This document shows positions 39,743 to 49,379 of a stretch of 64,000 nt of DNA, in pieces. Source of the stretch: Patescibacteria group bacterium (GTDB lineage Bacteria > Patescibacteriota > Minisyncoccia > Phycocordibacterales > UBA9973); assembly GCA_038063515.1 (NCBI GenBank), contig JBBTUY010000002.1, positions 65,976 through 129,975 on the forward strand. The letters run 5' to 3'. Within the stretch, counting starts at the first letter, position 1; every line of letters begins with the position of its first letter. The notes under the pieces were generated by a model. That model worked only from the letters and a program-made list of their open reading frames with translations, made no database searches and had not been told where the DNA came from. The position numbers and the translations under genes are program-made.

Positions 39743-40534
39743 ATGTCTATTATAATCAAAACCAAAGAAGAAATAGAAATATTACGAGAGTGTGGTAAAC
39801 GTCTCGCTACTGTTTTATATAAAGTACAGGACATGATTGCTCCGGGAGTCTCTACGTACGACTTAGATAAATATGCAGAGAAATTAATTCGAGACATGGG
39901 AGACGAGCCAGCATTCTTAGGATACCAACCAGATGGTGCAGACATTCCTTTCCCAGCGACACTTTGTGTGTCTGTAAATGATGAAGTTGTCCACGGTCTT
40001 CCAAATAAAAAAAGAATTCTAAAAGAAGGAGACATTGTGTCTATCGATCTTGGTGTTAAACACAAAGGAATGTTTACTGATATGGCCCTTACGGCTCCTG
40101 TAGGCTCTGTGAATGCATCATCTCGTATGCTAATGGAGAATACGGAGCGAGCATTACAAGTGGGTATCAGTGCGGCTTGTGGTGGTAACACTGTGGGCGA
40201 CATAGGTCATGCTATAGAGAGCTTTGTGAAGTCTCGGGAAAATAAAGAAAAAGGTATCAAGTACGGCATAGTGGATGTACTCGCAGGGCATGGCGTCGGT
40301 AAAAAGATACATGAGGATCCATATATACCTAATTTTGGAAAAGCAGGTACTGGAGCTAAGCTTGTACCCGGTATGGTCATAGCCATAGAACCAATGCTTA
40401 ATAATGGTACTAAAAATGTAAAATTAAGCGACGATGGATACACATTTAATACTGTTGACGGCAAACGTAGTGCACACTTTGAACACACGTTACTCATCAC
40501 CGAAGGTGATCCTGAAGTTCTAACTAAAATATAG
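39743..40534 (+). CDS. map: Methionine aminopeptidase type I
   Basis: Pita-bread fold motifs and metal ligands (D..D..H..E..E pattern: VSVNDEVVHG...IDLGV...HFEHT). Confidence 0.9.
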   Translation: MSIIIKTKEEIEILRECGKRLATVLYKVQDMIAPGVSTYDLDKYAEKLIRDMGDEPAFLGYQPDGADIPFPATLCVSVNDEVVHGLPNKKRILKEGDIVSIDLGVKHKGMFTDMALTAPVGSVNASSRMLMENTERALQVGISAACGGNTVGDIGHAIESFVKSRENKEKGIKYGIVDVLAGHGVGKKIHEDPYIPNFGKAGTGAKLVPGMVIAIEPMLNNGTKNVKLSDDGYTFNTVDGKRSAHFEHTLLITEGDPEVLTKI

Positions 40535-40550
40535 TTTTTTAGAAAACCAC

Positions 40551-40667
40551 AAAAACCGAACTTTTTGTCGGTACAGATTTTTTGAAGCTTAAAAAATCCT
40601 GAAACTCTCGGCTCGACAGCCGAGAGACCCCTTAAAAAGTTGTTTTTGTGGTTTTCTATTGTATAAT
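40551..40667 (+). repeat. Composite structured element: 16-bp IR arms (AGAAAACCACAAAAAC / GTTTTTGTGGTTTTCT) enclosing copy 1 of an about 64-bp repeat with a GC-rich hairpin (CTCTCGGCT-CGAC-AGCCGAGAG)
   Basis: The inner 64 bp (40577-40641) recur as a reverse complement at 49380-49443 with about 4 mismatches. Confidence 0.6.
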
Positions 40668-40674
40668 TGTTTTA

Positions 40675-43446
40675 ATGGAACCAGCTTTTTTGCGTGAAAT
40701 TGAAAAATTTAAAACTCCAGAAGAAGAGTTAGAATATTTGCGTGCGCATGTTTTAAAACATGAAGCATATTTGAAAGAAGAGGGTTACGAAAATTCTCAC
40801 GAAGATGCAGCAAAAGAAATAGCTAGCATATACAAAGACGTGCCTCTTGAAAGAGTTGTACATAGAGATAATGCACTTTCTCATACTGATCAACAAAATA
40901 TAGTTCTTTCACTGAAGCCTGAAACCCATGATGCAATAATGGAGGAGCTTTTAGGTATTGTAATTACAAAAGGAGTAAAGAATGCAATGTCTGTGGTCAC
41001 ACTCATGAACAATCCCCACATAGATGATGATTTTCATCGTCTGATCATTCAGTACTTAAAGAAAGATCAGTCTTTAATGGATTTTAAAAATGATGCTCCT
41101 CTTTCAAAGTCTTTACATATGACTCTGTTTGAGATAACTCTACCTCCATCTGAGGATAAGGCTGATCAATCAAAAGGGTTTAAAGAATTCATCGGTGCCA
41201 TGGAGCAGTTTTATGCCGGCATGCATTCTATTTCCATAGGTAAAAACAATAGTGAAGAAAATTATTTTACTTTAGAAGTGGCACTCAGTACTGACAATGA
41301 TGAGGTTGTTATTTATGCCGGTATCCCCAACAAACACACGTCTCTATTTGAGAAGCAAGTCTTGGCTTTTTATCATAATGCAAAAATCCGCGAAGATGCA
41401 AATGATTATAATATTTTTAATGAAAAAGGTTTTTCCGTCGGAGCATATGCATCTTTTTCTGAGCGTTCTGTCTTACCTATAAAGACATACGACAAGATAG
41501 ATCATGATCCGATGAATACTATCTTAAATGTTTTCTCTAAATTGCAGAGTGTGGGAGAGGGGGCTGCTATTCAGCTTGTGGTTGCTCCTGCTGGAGATAA
41601 ATTTATTAATGAATTTCACATGATACTCGATGATATAAAAAGTGGAGTATCTGTAAAGCATGCCGCAGACAATTTCTATAAATTCAATCACGCTTTCATG
41701 AAGGCAGGTAAAGACCTGATTTTTGGACATAAGGTAAAAAGTGAGGATTTAAAGGATGAAAAATATATAAAAGGTAGAAGGGCTGTAGACGAAGGAGCTA
41801 TAGAAAAAGTGGGCAACAAGATTAAAAGTACTATCATGAAGGCAAACATCCGCGTGATAGCCTCTGGAGAAAACAAAGAACGTGCAGAAGCAATCTTGCA
41901 AGAAATAGAATCTTCTTTTCATCAGTTTTCTGAACCAGCGAGTAACTCTTTTCATTTCGAAAAATTGTATGGCAAAGATCTTTTAAAATTTTTCCACGAT
42001 TTTTCTTACCGAGCTTTCTCACCTGATAAAGTTTTACCGATGAATCTCATGGAGCTTTCTTCGGTATTTCATTTTCCTGTGGGTCTCTCAGGTCAGCCAC
42101 AGCTTAAGGAAGCAAAAGCTGGCATTGCTCCTGCACCTATTGAAATGGGAAATGTAGGTATTTCACTTGGTACAAATAGTTACCGAGGTAAGGATACAAG
42201 GATACACATGGCTCGAGAAGACAGAATGAGACATTTTTATGTTATAGGTCAGACTGGTACAGGTAAAACAAATATTTTGCTTAATATGATTACAGAAGAC
42301 ATACGAAATGGAGACGGGTGTTGTTATATAGATCCTCACGGTACAGACATACAGACGATACTTTCTCGTATACCAAAAGAGCGTATTGATGATGTGATAT
42401 ATTTTGATCCTGCGTATACTGCACGACCTATGGGTCTCAACATGCTTGAGTATGATCCAAAATATCCTGAGCAAAAGACTTTTGTTGTAAATGAATTGAT
42501 GGGAATTTTTAACAAACTTTTTGACATGAAGGTGGGTGGAGGAGCTATGTTTGAGCAGTATTTTAGAAACAGTGCATTCCTCGTGATGGAGGATCCTGAG
42601 TCTGGTTCTACGCTCCTTGAGATCACACGTGTGCTTGCAGACAAAGAATTTCGAGATCTCAAACTCGCTCGCTGTAAGAATCCAATAATAAAGCAATTCT
42701 GGGTCTCGGCGGAGCAGACCACAGGCGACCAATCACTCGCAAATTTCGTGCCATATATTTCCTCAAAGTTCGACAATTTTATAAGTAACGACATCATGCG
42801 TCCAGTGGTCTTACAGCAAAATTCCGTATTTAATTTCAGAAAAATAATGGATGAGAAGAAAATTCTTTTGGTAAATCTTTCAAAGGGTAGGCTTGGAGAT
42901 ATCAATGCAAACCTCATTGGTCTCGTGCTTGTGGGTAAAATCCAAATGGCTGCACTCTCTCGGGTGGACATGTTTGGAAAACCTATGAATGATTTCTATC
43001 TATACATTGATGAGTTTCAGAATGTTACCACAGACTCGATAGCTTCTATTTTATCTGAAGCTCGTAAATACAGGCTCTCACTTAACATTGCTCATCAATA
43101 CATCAGTCAGCTTGAAGAAAATATTAAAAATGCAGTGTTTGGTAACGTAGGCTCTATGGCAGTGTTTCGTGTTGGTACTGAAGATGCAAATTTTCTTGAG
43201 CCTAAGTTTAAGCCGACATTTTCTGCACACGATATTACCAAGCTCGACAATTACAATGCCTACATGAGCATGCTTGTAAAGGGTCAGCCGACAAAACCTT
43301 TTAATATTAAAACTGATGCACCCGAAGTAGGTAATCCGGATATTGTAGATAGCTTAAAAGAGCTTTCATATGTAAAGTATGGTCGTGATAGAGCTGAAGT
43401 CGAACAAGAGATCATGGATAGGTATAAAACTTTGGAGGGTATTTAA
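40675..43446 (+). CDS. Large soluble P-loop ATPase of the VirD4/TraG/TraD coupling-protein-like (AAA-like, TraG-D_C) family with an about 480-aa N-terminal domain of unknown function
   Basis: Walker A GQTGTGKTN followed by YIDPHG. Walker B/arginine region LYIDEFQNV...RKYRLSLNIAHQYISQL resembles the TraG_D_C pattern. No N-terminal TM helices. Start moved to the MEPAFL ATG. Confidence 0.55.
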   Translation: MEPAFLREIEKFKTPEEELEYLRAHVLKHEAYLKEEGYENSHEDAAKEIASIYKDVPLERVVHRDNALSHTDQQNIVLSLKPETHDAIMEELLGIVITKGVKNAMSVVTLMNNPHIDDDFHRLIIQYLKKDQSLMDFKNDAPLSKSLHMTLFEITLPPSEDKADQSKGFKEFIGAMEQFYAGMHSISIGKNNSEENYFTLEVALSTDNDEVVIYAGIPNKHTSLFEKQVLAFYHNAKIREDANDYNIFNEKGFSVGAYASFSERSVLPIKTYDKIDHDPMNTILNVFSKLQSVGEGAAIQLVVAPAGDKFINEFHMILDDIKSGVSVKHAADNFYKFNHAFMKAGKDLIFGHKVKSEDLKDEKYIKGRRAVDEGAIEKVGNKIKSTIMKANIRVIASGENKERAEAILQEIESSFHQFSEPASNSFHFEKLYGKDLLKFFHDFSYRAFSPDKVLPMNLMELSSVFHFPVGLSGQPQLKEAKAGIAPAPIEMGNVGISLGTNSYRGKDTRIHMAREDRMRHFYVIGQTGTGKTNILLNMITEDIRNGDGCCYIDPHGTDIQTILSRIPKERIDDVIYFDPAYTARPMGLNMLEYDPKYPEQKTFVVNELMGIFNKLFDMKVGGGAMFEQYFRNSAFLVMEDPESGSTLLEITRVLADKEFRDLKLARCKNPIIKQFWVSAEQTTGDQSLANFVPYISSKFDNFISNDIMRPVVLQQNSVFNFRKIMDEKKILLVNLSKGRLGDINANLIGLVLVGKIQMAALSRVDMFGKPMNDFYLYIDEFQNVTTDSIASILSEARKYRLSLNIAHQYISQLEENIKNAVFGNVGSMAVFRVGTEDANFLEPKFKPTFSAHDITKLDNYNAYMSMLVKGQPTKPFNIKTDAPEVGNPDIVDSLKELSYVKYGRDRAEVEQEIMDRYKTLEGI

Positions 43447-43468
43447 AAATGAAATTTATAAAAATAAT

Positions 43469-43981
43469 ATGCCTGCTCAAAAAATTTCAATTGAAAAAGC
43501 AAAGAAAAATAAGTTATTTTACTTTGTGGCAAATGTGGTTGTCTACAGAGATTCTGATAAACGCTGTTTGATCTTAAAAAGAAGCGATACTGAAATAGTT
43601 CATCCGGGTCGTTATGGTGTAGTGGGCGGTAAGCTCGAATGGGAAGATATGGATGTAGAAAAACCATCAAATATAAATGGGGATGTTTTAGATTTTAATG
43701 ATGCAGTAGAGACGCTTTTAGTGAGAGAGACGATGGAAGAAGCAGGCTTAGAAATACATTCAGAACTTAAGTATATTAATAGTAAAACCTTTATTCGTCC
43801 TGATGAGGTTCCAGTTGTATTAGTAAAATTTACTGCAAAGTACAAGAGTGGAGAAGTTAGCTTAGAAGAAAATGCCTTTTCTGAGTATGCGTGGGTTAAT
43901 GGAGAGGAAGTATCTAAATACGAATGTATAGATGGTATACAAGAAGAAGTGACTCAGTCTATCTCTCTGTGGAATAGTTAA
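43469..43981 (+). CDS. Nudix hydrolase
   Basis: Nudix box GGKLEWEDMDVEKPSNINGDVLDFNDAVETLLVRETMEEAGL (G-x5-E-x..-REUxEExGU with an insertion). Confidence 0.55.
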   Translation: MPAQKISIEKAKKNKLFYFVANVVVYRDSDKRCLILKRSDTEIVHPGRYGVVGGKLEWEDMDVEKPSNINGDVLDFNDAVETLLVRETMEEAGLEIHSELKYINSKTFIRPDEVPVVLVKFTAKYKSGEVSLEENAFSEYAWVNGEEVSKYECIDGIQEEVTQSISLWNS

Positions 43982-44086
43982 ATCCATAGCCCACACTATT
44001 TTACTCAGTAATGTTTGTAAAGTTTTGATTTTTTAGTTAAATCTGGTAATATAGTACTATTATAATTTGTTTTAATTAGTAAATAC

Positions 44087-44671
44087 ATGAAACACCCAAA
44101 AGAAGAAGTTACATACGTGATGCTTAAGCCAGACGGAGTCCGTAAAGGTTTAATCGGTGAAGTTATTAGACGACTTGAGCAGCGTGATTTAAAAATCATA
44201 GCGTTAGAAATGTTCCAGCCTACACATGAACAAATTCATGACCACTACCCAAAAGATGATGCATGGGTTACTCGTCTTGGAGAAAAAACCAAAGGCACAT
44301 ATGAAAAGTATGGTTACGATATGATTGCTGACTTTGGTACTGATGATACTGCAAAAATTGGTCCAGAGATTCGAAAGTGGCTTGTAGACTACATGAAATC
44401 TGCACCGCTTGTGAAAATGATAGTGAAAGGTACACACGCCGTAGACGTAGTTCGTAAGCTTGCAGGTGATACACTTCCATACAAGTCAGCAGTGGGTACT
44501 ATCCGTGGGGATTTTTCTATAGATTCTCCAGCTCTCGCTAATAAAGAAAAGCGTGCAGTTATGAATATTATGCACTGTTCAGAAACTCCAGAAGAAGCAG
44601 AACATGAGATTAAGCATTGGTTTGGTAATACAAAATCATATGACTATAAGCGTTTTGGGGTAGATGAGTAA
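44087..44671 (+). CDS. ndk: Nucleoside diphosphate kinase
   Basis: VMLKPDGVRKGLIGEVIRRLEQRDLKIIALEM and the active-site His context NIMHCSETPEEAEHEIKHWF. Confidence 0.75.
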   Translation: MKHPKEEVTYVMLKPDGVRKGLIGEVIRRLEQRDLKIIALEMFQPTHEQIHDHYPKDDAWVTRLGEKTKGTYEKYGYDMIADFGTDDTAKIGPEIRKWLVDYMKSAPLVKMIVKGTHAVDVVRKLAGDTLPYKSAVGTIRGDFSIDSPALANKEKRAVMNIMHCSETPEEAEHEIKHWFGNTKSYDYKRFGVDE

Positions 44672-44691
44672 TTTAATCTTAGTTAACTATT

Positions 44692-44916
44692 ATGGAAGAA
44701 CTTGATCCAAGATTCAAACCCGAGGCTGTTTTAGCAGAAATGACTAAAAGACTACCTGAACACATTGCCTATGTGAAGAAATTATTAAATAGTAGATACG
44801 TTTTCATCATAAAAAATGAGGTATCAAGTATTGGTTTTAAAACAATTCTTAAGAATAATGCAAATAGAAAGATCATATATCACTCTCGACCATTTACTGA
44901 TTTAGAATTAGAATAA
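44692..44916 (+). CDS. Hypothetical small protein (74 aa)
   Basis: ORF only. Confidence 0.3.
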   Translation: MEELDPRFKPEAVLAEMTKRLPEHIAYVKKLLNSRYVFIIKNEVSSIGFKTILKNNANRKIIYHSRPFTDLELE

Positions 44917-44939
44917 TTTTACACATTAAACTTGTTTTT

Positions 44940-45167
44940 GTTTCAAGTTTGTGTTTTTCTTGTAAAATCTATTGCAAGAATTTTTTATAGGAGTATAGTT
45001 TAAGTAGGGTTATTTCCAATTATTACCTAGACAACAATTTATGGGAGTTTCGATCGAGTGTAGCTTTGGTTGCACACGTCTAACACCCACTTGGCTTCAC
45101 AGCTATGGTAATATATTCGAAATAGTCCTAATAAGTAATCCACCATTTTTGTAAGGTGGATTTTTTA
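44940..45167 (+). ncRNA. Candidate small RNA or 3'UTR element ending in an intrinsic terminator
   Basis: Non-coding stretch of about 230 nt. Ends with the ATCCACC-N10-GGTGGAT hairpin followed by TTTTTT at 45138-45167. An extended -10 (GGTATAAT) for the next gene follows. Confidence 0.25.
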
Positions 45168-45202
45168 TTGTATATAAGGTTTATTCACGGTATAATGAGC
45201 AT

Positions 45203-45613
45203 ATGCATACCTTATTGAATGGAAAAATTCTTTTCAAAAACATTGTATTTTTCATTTTATCTATTCTAGTACTGAACTTTATTGCAAACAAGCTCCACTT
45301 GTATTTCTCTATCTGGTATTTTGATATGATAATGCACTTTTTGGGAGGGTTTTGGCTCGGTCTTTTATTTATTTACTTATTCAAGCCGAGTTTTATATCA
45401 AGCAGACTCGTTTTAGATTTATTAGCTTTTGTTTTTGTTGTAGGTATAGGCTGGGAAGTTTATGAAATACTGGTAAATGAATTTTTAGCACAAAGCAGCT
45501 TTAATACAACAGACACTATTTCAGATATTTTCTTTGATCTCTCTGGGGGATCTGCTGCTATTTTATACAGTATTATATTTATTACTAAAGATAAGTTACA
45601 ATTAAAAAATTAA
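45203..45613 (+). CDS. Small integral membrane protein (VanZ-like?)
   Basis: Four predicted TM helices. Confidence 0.4.
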   Translation: MHTLLNGKILFKNIVFFILSILVLNFIANKLHLYFSIWYFDMIMHFLGGFWLGLLFIYLFKPSFISSRLVLDLLAFVFVVGIGWEVYEILVNEFLAQSSFNTTDTISDIFFDLSGGSAAILYSIIFITKDKLQLKN

Positions 45614-45625
45614 ATTAAAAAAGAT

Positions 45626-47005
45626 ATGGAAGAACAGAATGAAAAGAAAAATGCAAAAATAACCTTTTATGGTGGTACAGGCTCTGTAACAGGAGCTAAT
45701 TTTTTACTTGAAGTTGATGGTAAAAAGATACTTGTTGATTGTGGCCTCATTCAAGGCATGCGTCTCGCTGACGACATAAACTGGGATCCATTTCCATATG
45801 ATGTGAAAGACATAGATTTTCTTTTTATTACTCATTCACACATAGATCATGTTGGACGTATACCAAAGCTTATCAGTGAAGGTTTTAAAGGTAAAATATA
45901 TTCAACGAAGCCTACAAAAGCTCTCTCTGTATTTATGCTCGAAGACACAGCAGGCATACTATCTAAAAATACAGAACAAAATTTAGACAAAATATATTCA
46001 CCAGAAAATTTACAAACCTCTTTTTCCTTATGGGAAGGATTAGACTACCATGAAAAATTACAAATAACACCTACACTCGAAGTGTCACTCTTTAATGCTG
46101 GGCATATACTTGGCTCGGCTATGGTTTTGTTTGTGTACAATGGTAAAAGAATTTTATTTACTGGAGACTTAGGCAATTCTCCTTCACCCATACTTCCTGA
46201 CACAGAGCATGTCCCTGATGTGGATTATATGGTTATGGAGTCTGTGTACGGAGATAGGAATCATGAGTCAAGAGATGAAAGAAGAAAGTTCCTCGAAGAG
46301 ACAATAGAAGATAATTACAAAAGAAAGGGTACTCTCATCATTCCTACTTTTTCTCTCGAGCGTTCACAGGAGCTACTTTTTGAATTAAATGCACTCGTAG
46401 AAAACAAGAGAATTCCTGTAATGCCTATCTTCCTAGACTCTCCTTTGGCTATCCGTTTGACGGAAGTTTTCAAACAATTCAAAGACTACCTCAATGAAAA
46501 TGCACAAAAGGCTATGAATAATGATAAATATCTTTTTGATTTTCCAGGGCTTCATAATACCTTAAAATCTGACGAATCAAAAATGATAGGGCAAGTTCCA
46601 GATCCTAAGATAGTGATAGCGGGTAGTGGAATGTCGACAGGTGGACGCATAGTGCATCACGAGAGGCACTATTTGCCAGGTGCGAACAATACTTTGCTTT
46701 TGACTGGATATCAAGTGGTGGGTACTCCTGGGCGCTTAATACAAGAAGGTGTAAAGACTGTACGCATCACAGGAGAAGACGTGGTAGTCAGAGCTCACGT
46801 AGTGACAATTTTAGGATACTCAGGTCACAAGGATTCTGATGGTTTACTAAATTTTGTTTCTGATATGCAAGAAAGTCTTAAAAAAGTTTTTGTAGTTATG
46901 GGTGAGCCAAAGTCGTCTATGTTTTTAGTACAAAAGCTCCGTGACAACTTAGCCATTGATGCAATTTCACCAGAGTATGAGGATAGTGTTACTTTGGAAT
47001 GTTAA
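45626..47005 (+). CDS. Metallo-beta-lactamase-fold beta-CASP ribonuclease (RNase J / CPSF-like)
   Basis: HSHIDHVGRIP motif (HxHxDH). 459 aa with beta-CASP-like C-terminal region. Confidence 0.65.
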   Translation: MEEQNEKKNAKITFYGGTGSVTGANFLLEVDGKKILVDCGLIQGMRLADDINWDPFPYDVKDIDFLFITHSHIDHVGRIPKLISEGFKGKIYSTKPTKALSVFMLEDTAGILSKNTEQNLDKIYSPENLQTSFSLWEGLDYHEKLQITPTLEVSLFNAGHILGSAMVLFVYNGKRILFTGDLGNSPSPILPDTEHVPDVDYMVMESVYGDRNHESRDERRKFLEETIEDNYKRKGTLIIPTFSLERSQELLFELNALVENKRIPVMPIFLDSPLAIRLTEVFKQFKDYLNENAQKAMNNDKYLFDFPGLHNTLKSDESKMIGQVPDPKIVIAGSGMSTGGRIVHHERHYLPGANNTLLLTGYQVVGTPGRLIQEGVKTVRITGEDVVVRAHVVTILGYSGHKDSDGLLNFVSDMQESLKKVFVVMGEPKSSMFLVQKLRDNLAIDAISPEYEDSVTLEC

Positions 47006-47070
47006 AAGGTGCTCGTACAAAAAGTTTATAAAAATTATATTCCTTGAATTTTCATGCTATAATATTTCTT

Positions 47071-47670
47071 ATGGATTCTCAATTTAATTTTCCTAGCAAA
47101 CATGGTCACAATCAAATAAAAATATGCGTATCAGGTGCAGCAGAGACAGGACACTGTGGTATTGACGCACTCGACAAAGCAAAAGAGCTCGGACGTGAAA
47201 TAGCACGTCAGGGGGCAGTACTCGTCACCGGTGCTACGACAGGCTTTCCTCTATGGGTAGCTATGGGTGTGAAAGAAGCTGGTGGGGTTTCTATAGGATT
47301 TTCCCCCGCTTCTTCTGAGAAAGAGCATATACAAGTATACAAACTTCCACTTGATTACATGGATTTAATAGTTTACACAGGCTTTGGATATCCGGGAAGA
47401 GATCTACTTCTGACTCGTAGCTCTGATGCTGTGATTTGTGGCTGTGGGCGTATCGGTACTATTCATGAGTTTACTGTTGCATTTGAGGATGCGAAGCCTA
47501 TTGGTATTTTTGAAGGTCCATGGGATATGGATGATGAGTTGAAAGATATTTTAGAAAAAGGTCATCGCCCATATACAAAGATAGTGACGGGTGATGATCC
47601 AAAGAAAATGGTCGAAGGTATCATAGACCTAGTGAAGAAAGATAAGATTGCTGAATATAAAATAGTCTAA
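47071..47670 (+). CDS. LOG / TIGR00725-family Rossmann-fold protein
   Basis: VTGATTGFPLWVAMG and CGCGRIGTIHEF motifs resemble the LOG/SLOG family. Confidence 0.45.
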   Translation: MDSQFNFPSKHGHNQIKICVSGAAETGHCGIDALDKAKELGREIARQGAVLVTGATTGFPLWVAMGVKEAGGVSIGFSPASSEKEHIQVYKLPLDYMDLIVYTGFGYPGRDLLLTRSSDAVICGCGRIGTIHEFTVAFEDAKPIGIFEGPWDMDDELKDILEKGHRPYTKIVTGDDPKKMVEGIIDLVKKDKIAEYKIV

Positions 47671-47674
47671 AAAA

Positions 47675-47703
47675 CAAAACCCCTCAATGAGGGGTTTTGT
47701 TTT
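47675..47703. terminator. Bidirectional intrinsic terminator between the convergent genes
   Basis: AAAACCCCTC-AATG-AGGGGTTTT flanked by A and T runs. Confidence 0.7.
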
Positions 47704-48046
47704 ATTTAACAGCTTCTAGTATCTTGGCAAATGTTTTCTCGTTGTGTTCTGCGAGGTCAGCTAGGATCTTTCTGTCTAATGCTATGTTTTTCTTTTTAAG
47801 TTCTCCGATAAGCTTTGAATAAGACATACCGAGCTCTCTTGCACCTGCGTTTATCTTTATGTTCCAGAGCTTTCTATTGTGTGATTTCTTGTCTTTTCTG
47901 TGAGCGAAAGAATAGTTACCAGCATGTAGTAATGCATCTTTTGCCTGACGCTCTTTTGTACTACGACCATGACGCATACCTTTAGTCTGTTTTAATACAC
48001 TTCTTCGTCTTTTTAATGCATGTACTCCCTTTTTTACTCTAGTCAT
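47702..48046 (-). CDS. rplT: 50S ribosomal protein L20
   Basis: MTRVKKGVHALKRRRSVLKQTKGMRHGRS. Confidence 0.9.
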   Translation of the reverse strand: MTRVKKGVHALKRRRSVLKQTKGMRHGRSTKERQAKDALLHAGNYSFAHRKDKKSHNRKLWNIKINAGARELGMSYSKLIGELKKKNIALDRKILADLAEHNEKTFAKILEAVK

Positions 48047-48086
48047 TGTTTTAAAATTATATTAATTAAGTATTAAGTCGAACGTT

Positions 48087-48281
48087 TTATGAGAAAGGTA
48101 ATAGGTGAGACTTTGGTTTGTTTTTAATAACAAAATTCTGACCCTTACGTCCACCAAGCTGTGTTGTTCGAGACTGTTTTGCATTGAAATGGTTAAAACC
48201 CGGCTTCCTAGAAATAATCTTACCATTCTTTGTAAGTTTCAACCTTTTACTATAAGATTTGTTTGTTTTCATTCCCTTCAT
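48087..48281 (-). CDS. rpmI: 50S ribosomal protein L35
   Basis: 64 aa, basic. MKGMKTNKSYSKRLKLTKNGKIISRKPG. Confidence 0.85.
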   Translation of the reverse strand: MKGMKTNKSYSKRLKLTKNGKIISRKPGFNHFNAKQSRTTQLGGRKGQNFVIKNKPKSHLLPFS

Positions 48282-48285
48282 ATAT

Positions 48286-48816
48286 TTATTTTGCTTTTTC
48301 TATTGTTGTGGTTAAACCTTTGGGACCTTTTTTATATGCATCTGATATTTTATAATTTTCAGTGATTAGGTGTAGTACTCTGTCTAGTCTCTCTCGTAGA
48401 AACTTTTCATCCATGTACTTCGCACGTCCTGCGAGGAATAGCTCTACTTTTACTCTATGACCTTCCTTTAGCCATTTAGAAGCAGTTTTTGCTTTGAGCT
48501 CTAAGTCATGGTCTCCAGTACCTATTTTTATCTGTATTCCTTTTGTTTCAGTAGGCTTGGCACCATCTTTTGCTTTCTTTAATTTTTTACTTGTCTCATA
48601 TTTATACTTACCAAAATCCATTATCTTTGCAAGTGGGGGATTAGCATTTGGTGCTATTTCAATAAGGTCTAAACCCTTATTTTGTGCTAATTCCAATGCA
48701 TCTCTTATGCTCAAAACTCCGAGATTTTTGTTTTCTTGATCTAAGACCCTGAGTTCAGATGCACGTATTTGGTTGTTTATTCTTTCACGCAATGTGTATA
48801 AATATATACTAAGCAA
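48286..48816 (-). CDS. infC: Translation initiation factor IF-3
   Basis: INNQIRASELRVLDQENKNLGV... N-terminal and C-terminal IF3 domains. Non-ATG start likely, as is usual for infC. Confidence 0.85.
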   Translation of the reverse strand: MLSIYLYTLRERINNQIRASELRVLDQENKNLGVLSIRDALELAQNKGLDLIEIAPNANPPLAKIMDFGKYKYETSKKLKKAKDGAKPTETKGIQIKIGTGDHDLELKAKTASKWLKEGHRVKVELFLAGRAKYMDEKFLRERLDRVLHLITENYKISDAYKKGPKGLTTTIEKAK

Positions 48817-48902
48817 ACATTTGACTAATAGAATATAGCTTATTCTAGCTTAAAAGTCAAACCTTTCTGCCTTTTAATTCATAATTCTGCTAAGATATAG
48901 TT

Positions 48903-49349
48903 ATGGCAAATTATGCACAGAGTAGAAAGGCTCGTTTTGACTACGAGATACTAGATAAATATGAAGCAGGCATAGAGCTTTTAGGGAGTGAGGTAAAGTC
49001 TGTGCGTGGAGGACGCATGTCACTAGACGGTGCGTTTATCATTGTCCGTGGAGGAGAAGCCTTTCTAATTAATGCAAATGTGCCCCCGTATCAAGTAAAT
49101 AATACTAAAGAAGATTATGATCCTCTTCGAAACAAGAAACTCCTTTTAACAAAAAAAGAATTAGGAGAACTTGCAGGAAGTGAGAAGAATAAAAGTTTGA
49201 CAATAGTGCCTCTTTCAGTGTATAATAAAGGTAGGAAAATCAAATTAGAAATTGCACTCGCAAAAGGAAAAAAGAAATTTGATAAAAGAGAGAGTATAAA
49301 GAAACGCGAGACAAATAGAAACATAGATAGGGAATACAAAGTACGTTGA
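48903..49349 (+). CDS. smpB: SsrA-binding protein SmpB
   Basis: ARFDYEILDKYEAGIELLGSEVKSV...LINANVPPY. Confidence 0.85.
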   Translation: MANYAQSRKARFDYEILDKYEAGIELLGSEVKSVRGGRMSLDGAFIIVRGGEAFLINANVPPYQVNNTKEDYDPLRNKKLLLTKKELGELAGSEKNKSLTIVPLSVYNKGRKIKLEIALAKGKKKFDKRESIKKRETNRNIDREYKVR

Positions 49350-49379
49350 AAATAAAAAATTAGAAAATATAAATTTTGG

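Noticed and set aside
39718-40500. 161-aa and 97-aa minus-strand ORFs overlapping map
   Set aside because: Antisense to a highly conserved MetAP gene. Compositionally biased (Ser/Pro/Thr-rich) as is typical of antisense frames.
41297-42971. Multiple ORFs (61-211 aa) on both strands inside the 932-aa ATPase gene
   Set aside because: Nested within or antisense to a long ORF that has clear Walker motifs. Low-complexity translations.
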